A DNA stretch of 64,000 nucleotides from the NCBI GenBank assembly GCA_030324005.1, contig JARDVH010000163.1, forward strand, positions 99,197,002 to 99,261,001, written 5' to 3'. Made by a program: the position numbers and the translations under genes. The stretch comes from Negaprion brevirostris (lineage: Eukaryota). This document shows, piece after piece, positions 48,826 to 61,150 of the stretch; the stretch's first letter is position 1, and each line of letters opens with the position of its first letter. Below the pieces are notes generated by a model. The model saw only the letters and a list, made by a program, of their open reading frames with translations. It was not told the DNA's origin and did not search any database.

Positions 48826-50520
48826 ACAGCAACTTTCATTTCCTTAGTACCTTTTAATGCAGTAAAATATCTGAAGGTGCTTCACAGAAAACATTTGGTC
48901 CTCAGTCTAGAAACTAAAATTAAAGGAATTGACCAAAAGCTTTGTTAAACGATAGGTTTTAAGGAGTGACTTAAATGGGGAGAGGGAGGTAACATGGTTT
49001 TGTGGAAGACTTCAGGTAGTTGTTGACTGAGGGAATCTATATTTTTGGATGGTGTCTGTGCTTTTTAGGGCAGGCTCATACTAGATATTGTAACAATTAA
49101 GGTACAGAACGTGCCAAGTTTCAATACAGTAAGAAGTCTCACAACACCAGGTTAAAGTTCAACAGTTTAATTTGGAATTACGAGTTTTCAGAGTGCTGCC
49201 CCTTCATCAGGTGAGTGATCAAGGTTTTACACCTGATGAAGGAGCAGAGCTCCAAAAGCTCGTGATTCCAAATAAACCTGTTGGACTTTAACCTGGTGTT
49301 GTGAGGTGACTTACTGTGCCCATCCCAGTCCAACGCCAGCATTTCCATGTAAAGTTTGAAAGAATAAACTGTGCTTCAGACCTGAACCAGAACCCAGTTG
49401 GGCGATATCAAGGGACACTGTCCGGGCGGAAGAAGATGAAGTTGATCCCTCAGCCAGAGGCAGCAGTGAACCCATGCATGACGTGAAGTTGCTCATGTGA
49501 CCAGGTTTTGGTGTAAAACCTCGATCATGGGATCTGGGTGTGGAAACAAGCCCACGGAAAGAAATTTGGAGAAGCAGCAGTTGTTTTCTCTGGGGTGCTG
49601 GGTAAAGGAAACACCCGGGAAAGAGCTGAAAAGGTGTCAGCTCAGTGCAGCAGGAAGCCAGGGCACAGGAGAGAGCTCATATAGGGGCAATGTCAGCTCA
49701 ATCAAGCTGAATTTCTTGTTTGTTCCACGAAACTGGGAGTTGGGTCAAAATTGGGAGTTGCGACAATAAAGTAGTGGTTCACTGTTAAGTGTGGCCAGGG
49801 AGCTAGTGTCAGGCTGGTATGTAGGTGCTGGAGTGAATCCTTGCAAATGCAGTAGATTGCAGTCTTGGGTGAAGAGATCATACACGCACTAGCTGCTCAG
49901 TAAAGGAGCATTCTGAGTTGGGGATCTGTTGCTTGACAACTCATTTGCAGGCAGAAGCAACAAGCAGGCTCCCAGGCAAAGTTTGAGCTGCCATGTAAAA
50001 GAAATCCGGGGATAAATACTCACATTCGAGGAGTGAACCTCTCGATCACAAGTTCAATTGAATGATTGCAACTTTTTTTGTAACTTGCGGTTGTTACTGA
50101 CACCTGAGCCAGCTGCTGAGAAAATTGGTGAGTTTGGTCTTAGTTGTATCTGCCTTTTTGTGTATAGTTAGTGTTTGACGACAGTTCAGCTGTTAATTTG
50201 TGTTTGCCTCATGTTCGTTCTGGATGTTAGAAAAACAGGACATTTGGTATTGATTGTTTGCTTCATTGGCTCTTGTATTGTAAAATTTCTTCTATTGAAA
50301 CACATGGCATCTTGTGACTTTACTCTCTTAGTAAGTTATTGGAATTTCAAATATTGTCTACTTTTCAACAAAAGTTACTGGTGGTTAATTGGATCGTAAC
50401 AGTGGACAGTGGTGCAGTGATTAAATGGTGATGCGCAAGTGGCTAGAATTGGAGGAATGCAGAGACCTTTGGGATGAGACTTGGTTCTAGGGCTGAAGGA
50501 GGTCTCGGATGGGCAGAAGG
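48826..50520 (-). mobile_element. L2 3' end split by a ~1.3-kb LTR-like insertion (about 49089-50401)
   Basis: Reversed L2 tail at 48826-49000 (aacagcaac...ttgaccaaaag...ggttttaaggag) resumes at about 50402-50520 (ctagaattggaggaatgcagaga). The insert begins TGTAAC and ends GTAACA. No TSD was found. Confidence 0.45.
49126..49347. mobile_element. Inverted pair of Penelope-like type-A repeats, each with a hammerhead core
   Basis: 49126-49213 is approximately the reverse complement of 49230-49317, with a 16-nt spacer. Each arm has CTGATGA-A-stem-(G/A)AAA. Confidence 0.85.
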
Positions 50521-51394
50521 TAGGAAGTTAATAACACAAAGATACATTACCCTCGTAATGCATAGAATTTATAGCTCAAGAAACAGGGCATTGGGATGAA
50601 CTGGTCAATGCCAACTTTTAAGCTCCGCATGATCCTTCTCATTTCCCTCTTCATCTAACTTTAATTGAGTGTGTTTTCTTTATGATGTTTTCATAGAGAT
50701 GTTCACTAGTATTTTGCTATTCAATTGCTAACTTTACATTTCTGCTTGGTTTGTGTTGGGCAATGGAATGGCATGTTTTGAAATACTACTTTTATTTTCT
50801 GGAAAACATTGTGACTGTTAGTACCATTCATTAGCTTAGGAAAGGAGGCCGTGTTCGTACAGGTAGATGGAGATAGTATACTGAAGAAAATGGGACTCCT
50901 CTTTGCAGAGGACAACATTTGTTTAAACTTAAATAAATGTTGGTCCTTTTGAAAGGGAACACTTTGCATGATCAATGAACTGAGTGAGTTGAATGCATAC
51001 TTCCTCTGAGATTCCTCTGATCATTTGCATTAAATTCATTTATTGACTTCAGAATTGAGATTAGTTATCTGTCTGTTTGATCACACAGGAGGCCTCTGCA
51101 GTTGTTTGATAAAACTGGACTCTAATGGATATAAAATTGTAACAAAGTGTTTACGTACATTATTCTCGAATTCTACTCCCAAATTCCTGAATTCTATTCC
51201 TATATGAGTCAAATGTATTAAAATAGCTTTGTACTTCTACAAATTCTCTGAGGTACAGTTTAGTTATCTGGATATGTTGACAAGATCCATCTATATTTAT
51301 AATCAATACTTGTCGTCTGTGCTACCATGTAGAGATTACTTTTTACAGCAGTGTGTACCAAATGCAGATGCATTGCAGAATCCTGCCAAGCCTG

Positions 51395-51681
51395 CTTTGA
51401 AAGCATCTTCCAAATCCTCAAAGTTCTTCACCTGGAAGGCCAAGGGTAGCAGATTTATGGGGACACCATGACCTGCAAGATCTCTTCCAAGCAACACAGC
51501 ACCCTCACTGGAACTGTATTATCATTACTGCAGTGTTGTTTGGCCAGCTTCCTCGACTCCCTCACTAGTAGCACTAATCTACCACAGGGATTGCAGTGGT
51601 TCAAAAAGGTGGCTCATCACCACCTTCCTAAGGGTAACTAGGGATGGGCCGAGCCCCCATCTCGTGAAAGAATAAAACAAA
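51395..51681 (+). mobile_element. 3' end of the LINE partner of SINE family B
   Basis: gcagtggttcaaaaaggtggctcatcaccacctt followed by the family-B tail aagggtaactagggatggg...gtgaaagaataaaa. Same family as 4982-5225 and 62553-62672. Confidence 0.7.
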
Positions 51682-51948
51682 TGATTCCTTGACTTGATGT
51701 GCTTGTCCACATTGGTTTTAAACCCCATGCTTCTTTCTGGAGAGGTGTACCATGTGTGGAAGTGGTGTTGCTGGACTTGTGCCCAATAATTAGTTGTATT
51801 AACACAAAATAAAGATACTTTCTGGAATTGAATGAATTGTTTAGAGGATCTCAAAATAGAGTGAAGAGAAGGGACACAATAACAATGCAGCAAATCCATG
51901 GCAAAGAACTTGGTGCTTTATTCATTCTGTATGAATCTTGGCTTGTCA

Positions 51949-52283
51949 GGGCAGCATGGTGGCGCAGTGGTTGCACTGATGTCTCACAGCTTCAGGGACC
52001 TAGATTCAATTCCCAGCTTGGGTCAGTGTCTGTGTGGAACTTGCATATTCTCCCTGTGGCTGCATGGGTTTCCTCCGGGTGCTTTGGTTTCCTCCCATAT
52101 TCCAAAGATGTACGGGTTACATTGGTTGGCCATGCTAAATTGCCCCTTAATGCCCTGGGATGTGTAGGTTAGAAGGAATAGCGTGGTAAGTATGTGGGAT
52201 GACGGGAGTAGGGCCTGGGTGGGATTGTTGTCAGTGCAGACTCAATGGGCTAAATGGCCTCCTCCCACACTGTAGGGTTTCTG
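51949..52283 (+). mobile_element. HE1-type V-SINE, full length
   Basis: Head, V-domain and tail are collinear with the 15366 copy. Confidence 0.9.
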
Positions 52284-53099
52284 TGGTCTGTGGAACATGA
52301 TTTGATGCCATTTTGCAGATTATCACAAAATGCACCTCCTTAACTCCAGCCCTTTTCTCTGGTTTTCTTCCCCTGATCAATTGATTGTTAGATTTCATGC
52401 CCAATTTCAAAAGCTCCATGAGCTCGCCAAACTCTAGCAACACTTTCCCACATGTGGTATCTTCACATCTTTTACCACTTTACTCCTTTTCCTCCAGTCC
52501 CGCTTCTCCATCCTTAGAGCCATTCTTTCAGTAACCTTTTGGATTATCCTCCCAAAATTCTTCCCTGCTTTTTAAACATTCCTAAACCCTCCTTCCACTT
52601 ATATAAACTTGTTTTCTCATTTTGCCTCCTGTTTATTGTTCACTGATTTGTCATCTTCATTTAAAGTGCTTTTAGGTGTCTTTCTCCCATAAGCACTACG
52701 GCTGCCACTGGATACGCTGCGAGCAGTTTGTCTACATATCAATAGGTTTTTGAAGTACTGACCTCCCAGTTAACTAGCAGGCTCTCAATTGTAATGTAAT
52801 GGAATATAGGATTCAGCTACGTTTTTGTGCTACATGTAAGTGGATCCATATGGTTACAGCCATGTGTGCACAATGTAAATTAAACCTGAATTTAAACATG
52901 TTGATGGAGAGGAAATTTGATCCAAGTTATTTTTTAATACTGAATAGAATAATAGAGTTGGCACAGTTGGCATTGTACATCAAGCCTCCCTTTAAACAAG
53001 TCGTGCACAATGAAGGAGAAGATAATATGAAGGTATGGATGGAGAGAGAAGAGGTAATTAAAGAAAGAGGAGGCTCATGATGAATATACTGGCACACTA

Positions 53100-53414
53100 T
53101 TATTCATTTGTGGGACAGTGACATTGCTGGCTGGCCAGTATTTATTTCCCAACCTTAATTGCCCAAGGGCAATTGAGGGTCAACCACAGGTAAGGATGGC
53201 AGATTTCCTTTCCTAAAGGTCATTCGTAAATCCGGTTTTTCTGACAATTGACAATGGTTACATGGTCATCAGTAGATTCTTAATTCCAGTTATCTTTTAT
53301 TGAATTCAAATTCCACCATCTGCCATGGTGGGATTTGAACCTGGGTCCCCAGAACATTAGCTGAGTTTTTGGATTAATATTGTACCGATAATACCACTTT
53401 GCTACCGCCTCCCC
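53100..53414 (-). mobile_element. tRNA-derived SINE family B, internally deleted
   Basis: Collinear with the 40912 copy (gacaattgacaatggt...ttcttaattccag...gaattcaaattc...gggatttgaacctggg). Confidence 0.8.
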
Positions 53415-53789
53415 TATTTTGGCAAAATGGTCTGTTCATGCTGTAGTGTCCACACAGTGTAGGTGCAGTAAATAAGCTAATTTTGGAGGAAGTAAGGGTA
53501 AAATTAACCACCCTCGTGTCAAGCTTAAGATGAGAAGGACAGATGCAGTACTATTTCAGAGTCCAATAATGAATCTTAATGAAATAGGGCAATTAAGTGA
53601 GATGAATGGAGAGAAGACTTTCACAATTGTTTCACATTAAAAATAGATATCGGAGAAAATGATTCCAAGGTAAATGTGTTGGGTTGGAAATTAGTTCATT
53701 TCATGAAATAAAAGTGCACTTATCCAAATTAATTGGTTGGAAAATTTGCTTGTTGAAAAGAAAATGGACTGCAATGAGACATACTTAAG

Positions 53790-54760
53790 CATGAGGCAGA
53801 TACGGCACAGGTAAAATACATTCTGACTGTAAGTAAAATGATGCACCAACAGATCATGAATAAATAGGGTTAGAAAACAAATGAGGATTTAGATGGAATA
53901 GATGATAAATGTGGAAGGGAACTATAAAGGGAAGGAGGATGAGGTAGACCAACAGCAAATATCAAAAATACATGAGAGGAAATAATAAAGGCTTTTATGA
54001 CCAACTAAATAAAAGCATGGCAAAAGAAGGACAGGGCAAAGTAAATTACAGTATTGGAAATGAAGCGATCTTATAATTGTTTTGACTCTGTAAAGATGTA
54101 AAAGATGATTGGAAAACATATATTCACAGGAAAAGTTTATTCAAGCTACCAAAGTTGCCAAGTCCAACTGGCACACATCCCATAATTCAAAAGGAGCTAA
54201 TGGAAGCACTAATTAGAATACTACAAAAAATCTTTGGACATAGGAAATTGTGTGCAAAGATTGGAAGGTGCTAAATGTCACATGTTCAATAAAATTTTTA
54301 AAAGTAATCACAAGGTCAGATTGTTTTGCCTTGAACATGGCATATGACACATAATGCAGATGGAATTTATGAATGCTTGGAAAAGCATTGTCTAACTGGA
54401 TATAATCCCATTGTACAAATGGAAGGTTGTGCTTAAGTTTAATTGGAGTTGTTTGGAAGTCAGAGAGTTTAAATAAAAGAATGCTGTGGATGTTGCGTGC
54501 ATATATAGATTTCCAAAGGCATTTCATAAAACACCATTGAAGAAACTTAGGCAAAAGCTACGGTGTGTTGCTGGGAAGGGAATGTGGCTGCATTAGATGG
54601 ATAAGAAGTGTCGACCAGAATTAGGTAAAGGATGATTTTCTAATTGTGATTTATGTCCTAGGGACCTATGCTGGGACTACTTTAGTTTTCCATTTAAATA
54701 CATGATCTTGACAAGGGGATATAATCAAATATCGAATAGCAGAAAACCATAGAATACATT
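53790..54760 (+). mobile_element. Very old CR1 ORF2 remnant
   Basis: Decayed DWK.ANVT (gattggaaggtgctaaatgtcac), YIDF.KAF (tatatagatttccaaaggcattt) and VP.G..LG.LL.F blocks. Confidence 0.55.
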
Positions 54761-57504
54761 GTTAATAACAACAATAACAACATTTTATGATGCCATAAGC
54801 ATTGAATGGCATCCCAGTGTCTGTGACAGAGACATGAGGAAAACCTAATGTTGCATCGTATAAGAACAATGGATTTTGTTCAAGGTGATACATCCCTCCG
54901 ATTTCCTTAAAATGTAATGTGGGATCTGGACATGCGATAGCCTGCCCAACGTGGGGAAGAAGGCGGGAGTCAACAAGATAGAAATTGCTGATTCAGCTGT
55001 CTCTCTTCATGCTATGAGCACATGCTGCCTACCTTGACAACAACATCCATAGTCCTGATTAATAGTGTGTGGATAGGTGCCAGTTCAGTTCAGTGCACAC
55101 GAATGAAAAGGAGAATGTGAAATCAAGGAAATCTAAATGATAAGATTCTTAGCAAAGTGGAAGAACAGAGAACTTTACATCGCTTTGATTCTGTTGATCA
55201 CATCTTTGTTCACCTCTATAATTCCTTTTCTTAGAGTCATTTTGCCTTTATGAATTTCATTGGGATGTTTATTTTGTTTGGCACTATTTCTTATAAAAAT
55301 GCAGGTTGTTGCTTTGGAAGGAGATTCCAAGTTGAAAGTTAAGACCAATGGGAAAACTAGAAAGTATGGTCATCCACAAATGTTTTCGACCTCGAAGATT
55401 CAAGCCAAGAAAGGTATCTGATACATTGTTGAATGTAAGTTTACTTCCAGTGGGAGGAAGAGACATTTCCTCCATAAATTTAAATTGGTTGGTTTGGTTA
55501 GTGCAGTGACCTCTATGAGGCCATGAGGGTGGCTTTTGGAGTACGAGCACCCTGATTGCCCAGTTAGGGAGTCTCACCTGCATATATGCATACTGAGGAG
55601 TGTCAGGGCTACTAACACTCCGAATTCTGACTTTGTACGTGAAGCACGCTTAGGGGTGGAGTTGAGTTGTAAATAGAGGGAATCTGGTGAGGGACAAAGT
55701 CTTTGAGGAGTTACGTCAGTTGGGATTCATGATAGATGTTCTGCAGAATTAATGAGTTTAATATAGAATTGCATTTCAAAATTCATCACGTCTCTTTGCA
55801 CTGGAGATAATGCTGGACCACACTAGGAGAGAAAAAAGGAGAAGAATATCCCTGAGAGAATTGAATGACACCAGACCCATAAGCTGCATTGGTTCCATAG
55901 TTATAATAGTTACTTATGAATTAAATAAGTATTTATATAAAATTCGTGAGAAGTGGGAGCAGCAGTGAAATAGTAGAATAGGGGAGGGGTAAATGTACAA
56001 TGTTTTATTGTTTCATGTAGTTTTGTATCTAAACTTAAAGACTGCAGGATTAAAAAAAACCTGAGAGCTGGAGGTGGCCAGGAGCCCATTCAATGTTAAA
56101 ATTAAACAATACACCTTACTACTCAAAATTTATGCCACGTGCAAATAGAAAGTCTGACCCCCACTTTTGAAGTTGATATCAGCTGGCCCCTTGGATATTC
56201 CACACCATCCTGAATTCAAACAAGCTTTTTATTGTATATGCCTTCTCTATAGGTCTGTCAAAAGCAGTTAAAGGAATAAGTTTTCTTGTTGCCGAAGGAT
56301 GGCGTTCACGGTTTGGACTTTGTACAGTGGTTGGCGTTGGCTGTCACTCAATTCAAGGATGGCACCAACTCCGGCTCACAAGTTTCTGCTGTAGATCCTC
56401 AGGAGACAGCAAGTACTGATTTTCGACCGACAGATCTGTGGGCACCTGGGGCAGAATGTCCCCATGAGGTACTGGCATCAGGAGTGTGGATTTGCTTCCT
56501 TTTCTTCCCTTCTCTGCCTCATCATTAAGGCTAGGGACTTGAAGTGGAAAGCATCTTAATGCACAGGTTATCACCCTTCCAGACAATGAATAGCAAGCTC
56601 TTCACAGTCATTAATGCCAATGTCGCCATACTTCAAGGAGAGATTGAGTGTCCTTGCAGCATTTTCTTCATCCTTCCCTGGAACATTGTCCATTTGAGTT
56701 GAAAGAACAGGACCAGGCAGGGGAGATGGCTTTAAGCCCTATCATGGTTATGATAGCTGATTTCGTGCACTATCTGTCACCACCTCCAGTAATGACAACA
56801 ATTCCAGTTGGATGGTTATTACAATTGCAGACTTGTGTTGAAGAAATAGGAGTAGCGGTATCTGTGAAGTTGGAAGTGATGACAATAACCATCCAGTGCT
56901 TCCTGTTTGTCTAACAAAGACCATCTGCAGATAATGCTAAGGGAGACTGGATCTACCATCAACATTATACAAACCACACTTGAGGAGTGATTTCAGTAGG
57001 GTTATTGCTTTAACTGTTTTTTTTGGAGGGTACACGGAAAAGGCATATGTAATAGAGCTGTTTTGAACAGAGGATGCTGTGGGAAGAACCCCATTGTAAT
57101 GAAGTTGAAAAATGGAGATAGCATTCTGGAATCCGATTTTCTGGGTGAACAGAGTTTAATTGTAGATTTTGTAAATGACTTGCTGTGGTTTGGGAGAGTT
57201 GTAGTGGAGTGGGGGTGGCTGCTTCCCAGTAATGTAAGACATTNNNNNNNNNNNNNNNNNNNNNNNGTTATAAAGCAGTCAGAAACCCAGTGATGCACAC
57301 AAAAGATAAGAGTTTGCAAATTATTTTAACCCAGTCCCAATATCGTGCAACTTTCACTCCGTATATGTTTGAGGTTGGAGGAGAGATGAGGTAGTTCATA
57401 GCCCAGCCCAGCCCAGCAATCCCCCTCATGCCTCAAAGTCATTTAATGTTACAATCTTGCAAAAGTTGAACAAAAAACATTATTTTCCACTTTCCTTATT
57501 TCAG

Positions 57505-57565
57505 GTACCAGGAGCATTTTGAAGAAACTGTTTGCATTAACAGTTCTAAATTGTCTAAACTACGA
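57505..57565 (+). other. Candidate 61-nt exon, unverified
   Basis: Polypyrimidine acceptor ttttccactttccttatttcag and donor GA|GTGAGT. Two frames are open, but no protein was recognised. Confidence 0.25.
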
Positions 57566-58337
57566 GTGAGTCATGCATAATACAATTTGTGCTGTTGTTT
57601 AATGGTCCATACTCCAGTTAGTCATTCGTAAAACTTGGTGCCTGCCAAAGCTGTACATCATGTCAGTGAAAGCTGTTGCAGCTCATGATTTGCACAATAG
57701 CCTTCTGAATATGTCTTCCCACACCACTGCCACATAATTTGTAGCTCACGTATTCCAGTGTACCACTCGTCCGCCCTATTGTGCTTACTTTATGTTCTGT
57801 CTCAGAATATCGTGGGTTAACAATATCATAACTCACCAAAGCTGTTTTCATTTTTCTTCAAGTGAGGGGCAGTGTATCACAATCGTGCAGATATTTGTTC
57901 ATTTTCCAGGGCTGCAAACTATTCAGAAGCTTTATTTATTGTAATGAGTTTTACTTTATCCATTTACCTAAGCCTGCAGTGTTAATCTGTCTCTGGAGAT
58001 GTTGGCTAGAATTTGATTACATTTGTGTAATAAAATGAGGCTTTGCTGGTGTACAGAGGCACAATTTGCAAAGTATTTGATTATTCTTTGCAGCACAGTC
58101 CAACACTGAAGAGGGAGAAATTTTCCTTGTGGTACTATGTTGTTTACACTTCCCTTTATTAGTAGAGCGTGGTAGTACTAAATGAAAAATCTTTACAGTA
58201 GTGTTAGACAGCACTGTACCACCATTTCCTTTTCTTTCCGTTGAGAGCACCATTTCTAGTTCTTGTAAATATTTATTCCTGATTTACATGTTTCTGTGCA
58301 GTGATGGATCATAGGACAACTTAGAAGGAGGCCAATT

Positions 58338-58563
58338 GGAAAATTTCCCTCTGTTTCTTCAAATAGAAGCATGAGGTCCTTTACGTCCAGCTGAGCCTTC
58401 ATTTTTAATGGATCATTGAAAGGCTGCGTGCCTCAAAAAAGCAGCACCCACCTTGGTACTGCACAGAAATGCCTGCTTAGATTGCATGGTTAAATCTCTG
58501 GAGTTTGGCCTAAATCCACAACCTTCTGAAGTAGAGATGAGTGTAAGACTGAGTCATAGCTGA
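58338..58563 (-). mobile_element. Deu-domain (SacSINE1-like) SINE, 5' part
   Basis: The reverse complement reads gactcagt...cagaaggttgtggatttaggccaaactccagagatttaac...gtgcagtaccaaggtgggtgctgc...ctggacgtaaaggacctcatg...ctatttgaagaa, matching my recalled SacSINE1 layout. Confidence 0.65.
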
Positions 58564-59782
58564 TGAGTGTGGCAGTCATTTTGTGTACAGCAATGTTCCA
58601 CACAGCATTGTCGATCTATTAAACTTGTTTTGCTTGAGCATGTATGTTGGACAGGACACCAGAAAACTCTTGGCATTTTCCTCTTTGTGTTTTGCTTTAA
58701 TGTCAACCCAACAATTCTTTCACGGAATGGCATCTCTGATGTTTCATTTCTTTAGTAATGAAGTTTCTGTCTAGATTATGGCTGGTATTTAACAGAGGTG
58801 CTAGGGTGTCCACTGCTGGCTGGAGAAGACTCTCCATTTGCCTCTTTTTTGTGAAGTACAGCTGTATTATGTGCCATTCAGCGTTTAATTGGACAACTCT
58901 GTGCATCCCCCAGGAACAATGACCCTGGTGAGAACTGCTGGCCAGTCAGACCTGGCAGACCAGTGGAATGGCAGTGCCAGTGGGGGGGCAGTGGTTGCTG
59001 CTGATACAAAACCCACCTGAGGCCCAGTATCATTACTTGATCCTAGGCCACAGGTGAGTGGAGAAGGAGAGGCAGCAGGGTTGGCAGTAAGGGCAGGGGT
59101 GATGGCTTTCAGCACCACTCATCTCCACTTCCCAGTGCTAGATTTGCCAGTCAGGTACTGGATGCCTTTAAATGAGGCTCCTGTCACATCTGCTACCAGG
59201 ATCCCACAAGTGACCTGCACTGATTTGATTGTTGTGCTCTACACATGGCGAAGCCCCCCACCTGCAACTGGGTTGATACCAGTGGTGGGAAGTTGAGGCC
59301 TTTTAAATGGGTTTTAATTGCCCAGTTAAGAGCCTGAATTGGTGTCATCCATTGGCTTTTCTGCCCTGGACTTAATCAGGTGGAGGCAGGAAAGTGTTAG
59401 GATCTCTACCCATCATCCCTTCACTTGGTTATATGACCCTTCACCACCAATTGTGACTGTGCCACAGGGGAAGACAATAAGCTCTGTACTATGTATTGAT
59501 GTTGTAGAGGACTACTTGAAAACGCTGTTTTCTGATTCAAAGACAGAGTATTACCAGTTGAGCCAAGCGCTTTTTTCCACATGGACGTAACTCAATAAGG
59601 ATAGCTAACAGGACTATTTACAGAATATTTACTTCTAAAAGACTGTCGATTTGAGAAACAATGTGTGATTTCATTGATCATAGAGTACTTGCAGCACAAT
59701 TCTTGCAGGCATTATTTTAATATGCCATGAGACCTAGACGAGGAAGATTGAGCTTTACGTGTTAGATTTCACACATTGTTTT

Positions 59783-60046
59783 AAACAAGACCCAAGCTGA
59801 CAAGATGAGGAATTTTACCCATCTTGGGCTTGTTTTCCTTTATTTTTACTACATTCTTAATGGTCAGAGTGGATCAGGCAAACCCAAATCTATTCCTTGA
59901 TTGCTCCAAAAGCAAAATTCAAATTCTAACTGAACCCAATTCATTGTTGCCACAAGTGAGACAAACAAGATCCAAACAGACAAGATAAGGCAGTGCACCC
60001 AATCTTGGGCTTAATCCAATTCATGGTCTCCACAAATGAGACAAAG
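59783..60046. repeat. Degenerate interleaved repeats with hairpins
   Basis: aaacaaga.ccaa...gacaagat.agg......accca(a)tcttgggctt at about 59783 and 59963. ccaattcat.gt...ccacaa.tgagacaaa at about 59936 and 60016. Confidence 0.7.
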
Positions 60047-60364
60047 ATCTCCTGGTTATGTTTTCAATGATTGTATTTCTATGAATTGACCAAATGATGT
60101 AAACAGCCTGTTTGAGTGTTGAGGGTTGAGATATGATTTTGAAATTCTTTGAAACTGAAGGAGAGTGGGTGGGGAGAAAGTGTGAGGATATACACTATCC
60201 CACCCCTGTAGTGTGGGTGAAAATGTTAGGAGGGACAATCATTGCAATTGTTTTTGAAAATGTCATGCTCCCTTTCTTCTTTGAAAATGTCAAAACCAGT
60301 TTGTGGAGGACTTGACTGGGGAAATCTCTGACATGTTGTGGACTAAAAAATAATTTGTGCTGTT

Positions 60365-60572
60365 GGTCCACCTTTCATATCCTCAGGGTGCCCCGAAGCA
60401 AGTTAATTACTTTCGATTTGCAGTCACTAGTCATTTTGTAGATGAAGGTGACTGCCAATTTGCACACAATGTAGTCCCAGTTCATTTGTTTCAGGTGATG
60501 TTCTTGAGGGACAAGTATTGGCCAGAAAACCAGACACATCCCCTTTCTTCTGAGTAGTGCTTATGACATCTT
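60365..60572 (-). mobile_element. Deu-domain (SacSINE1-like) SINE, 3' part
   Basis: Reversed blocks gccaatttgcacaca and gtgatgtt.ttgagggacaagtattggccag, plus an L2-like terminus (caccttt...cctcagggtgccccgaagc). Confidence 0.55.
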
Positions 60573-60825
60573 TGTTTTTGTTTTAGTTTCAGTTCATTAA
60601 ATCAACACTGGGGGAACTTCAATTCAGATTGAAACTATGTGAATTAACCTCGAATCAAGAGGAGTAGTCTCTATGATCACTTTGGTTGTGGAAAAGTATA
60701 ATTATTTCTTAACTAGAATTCATGCCATCGAATAAAAACACCAAATGCTCCTTCCTGGTGAAGCAGCAATTTCCTTGCACCTTTTTTCAATCTAGTCTCC
60801 TGTATTCACTTCTTACAATGCAATT

Positions 60826-61150
60826 GGGACGGCATGGTAGCAGAGTGGTTAGCAGTGCTGCCTCACAGCACCAGGGACCCGGGCTTGATTCCCAGCTTGG
60901 GGCCACTATGTGGATTCTCACGTTCTCCCTGTGTCTGCATGGATTTCCTCTGGGTGCTCCGGTTTCTTCCCACAGTCCAAAGATGTGTGGGTTGGTTGAT
61001 TTGTTATAATGCTAAATTGACACTAGTGTTGGAGGATTAACAAGGTAACTATGTGGGGTTAGACGAATAGGGCCTGGGTGGGATTGTGGTCAGTGCAGTC
61101 TCAATGGGCTGAATGGCCTCCTTCTGCACTGTGGGGAATTCTATGATTCT
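60826..61150 (+). mobile_element. HE1-type V-SINE, full length
   Basis: Head, V-domain and tail ending attctatgattct. Confidence 0.9.

Noticed and set aside
48690-48830. Short recurring motifs (gtgacac, tgttgcacactgt) as an array or CRISPR
   Set aside because: This is irregular low-complexity sequence in a eukaryotic context, with no constant repeat-spacer period.
56440-57020. Possible RTE-type LINE remnant on the minus strand
   Set aside because: Too decayed to recover convincing RT motifs by eye.
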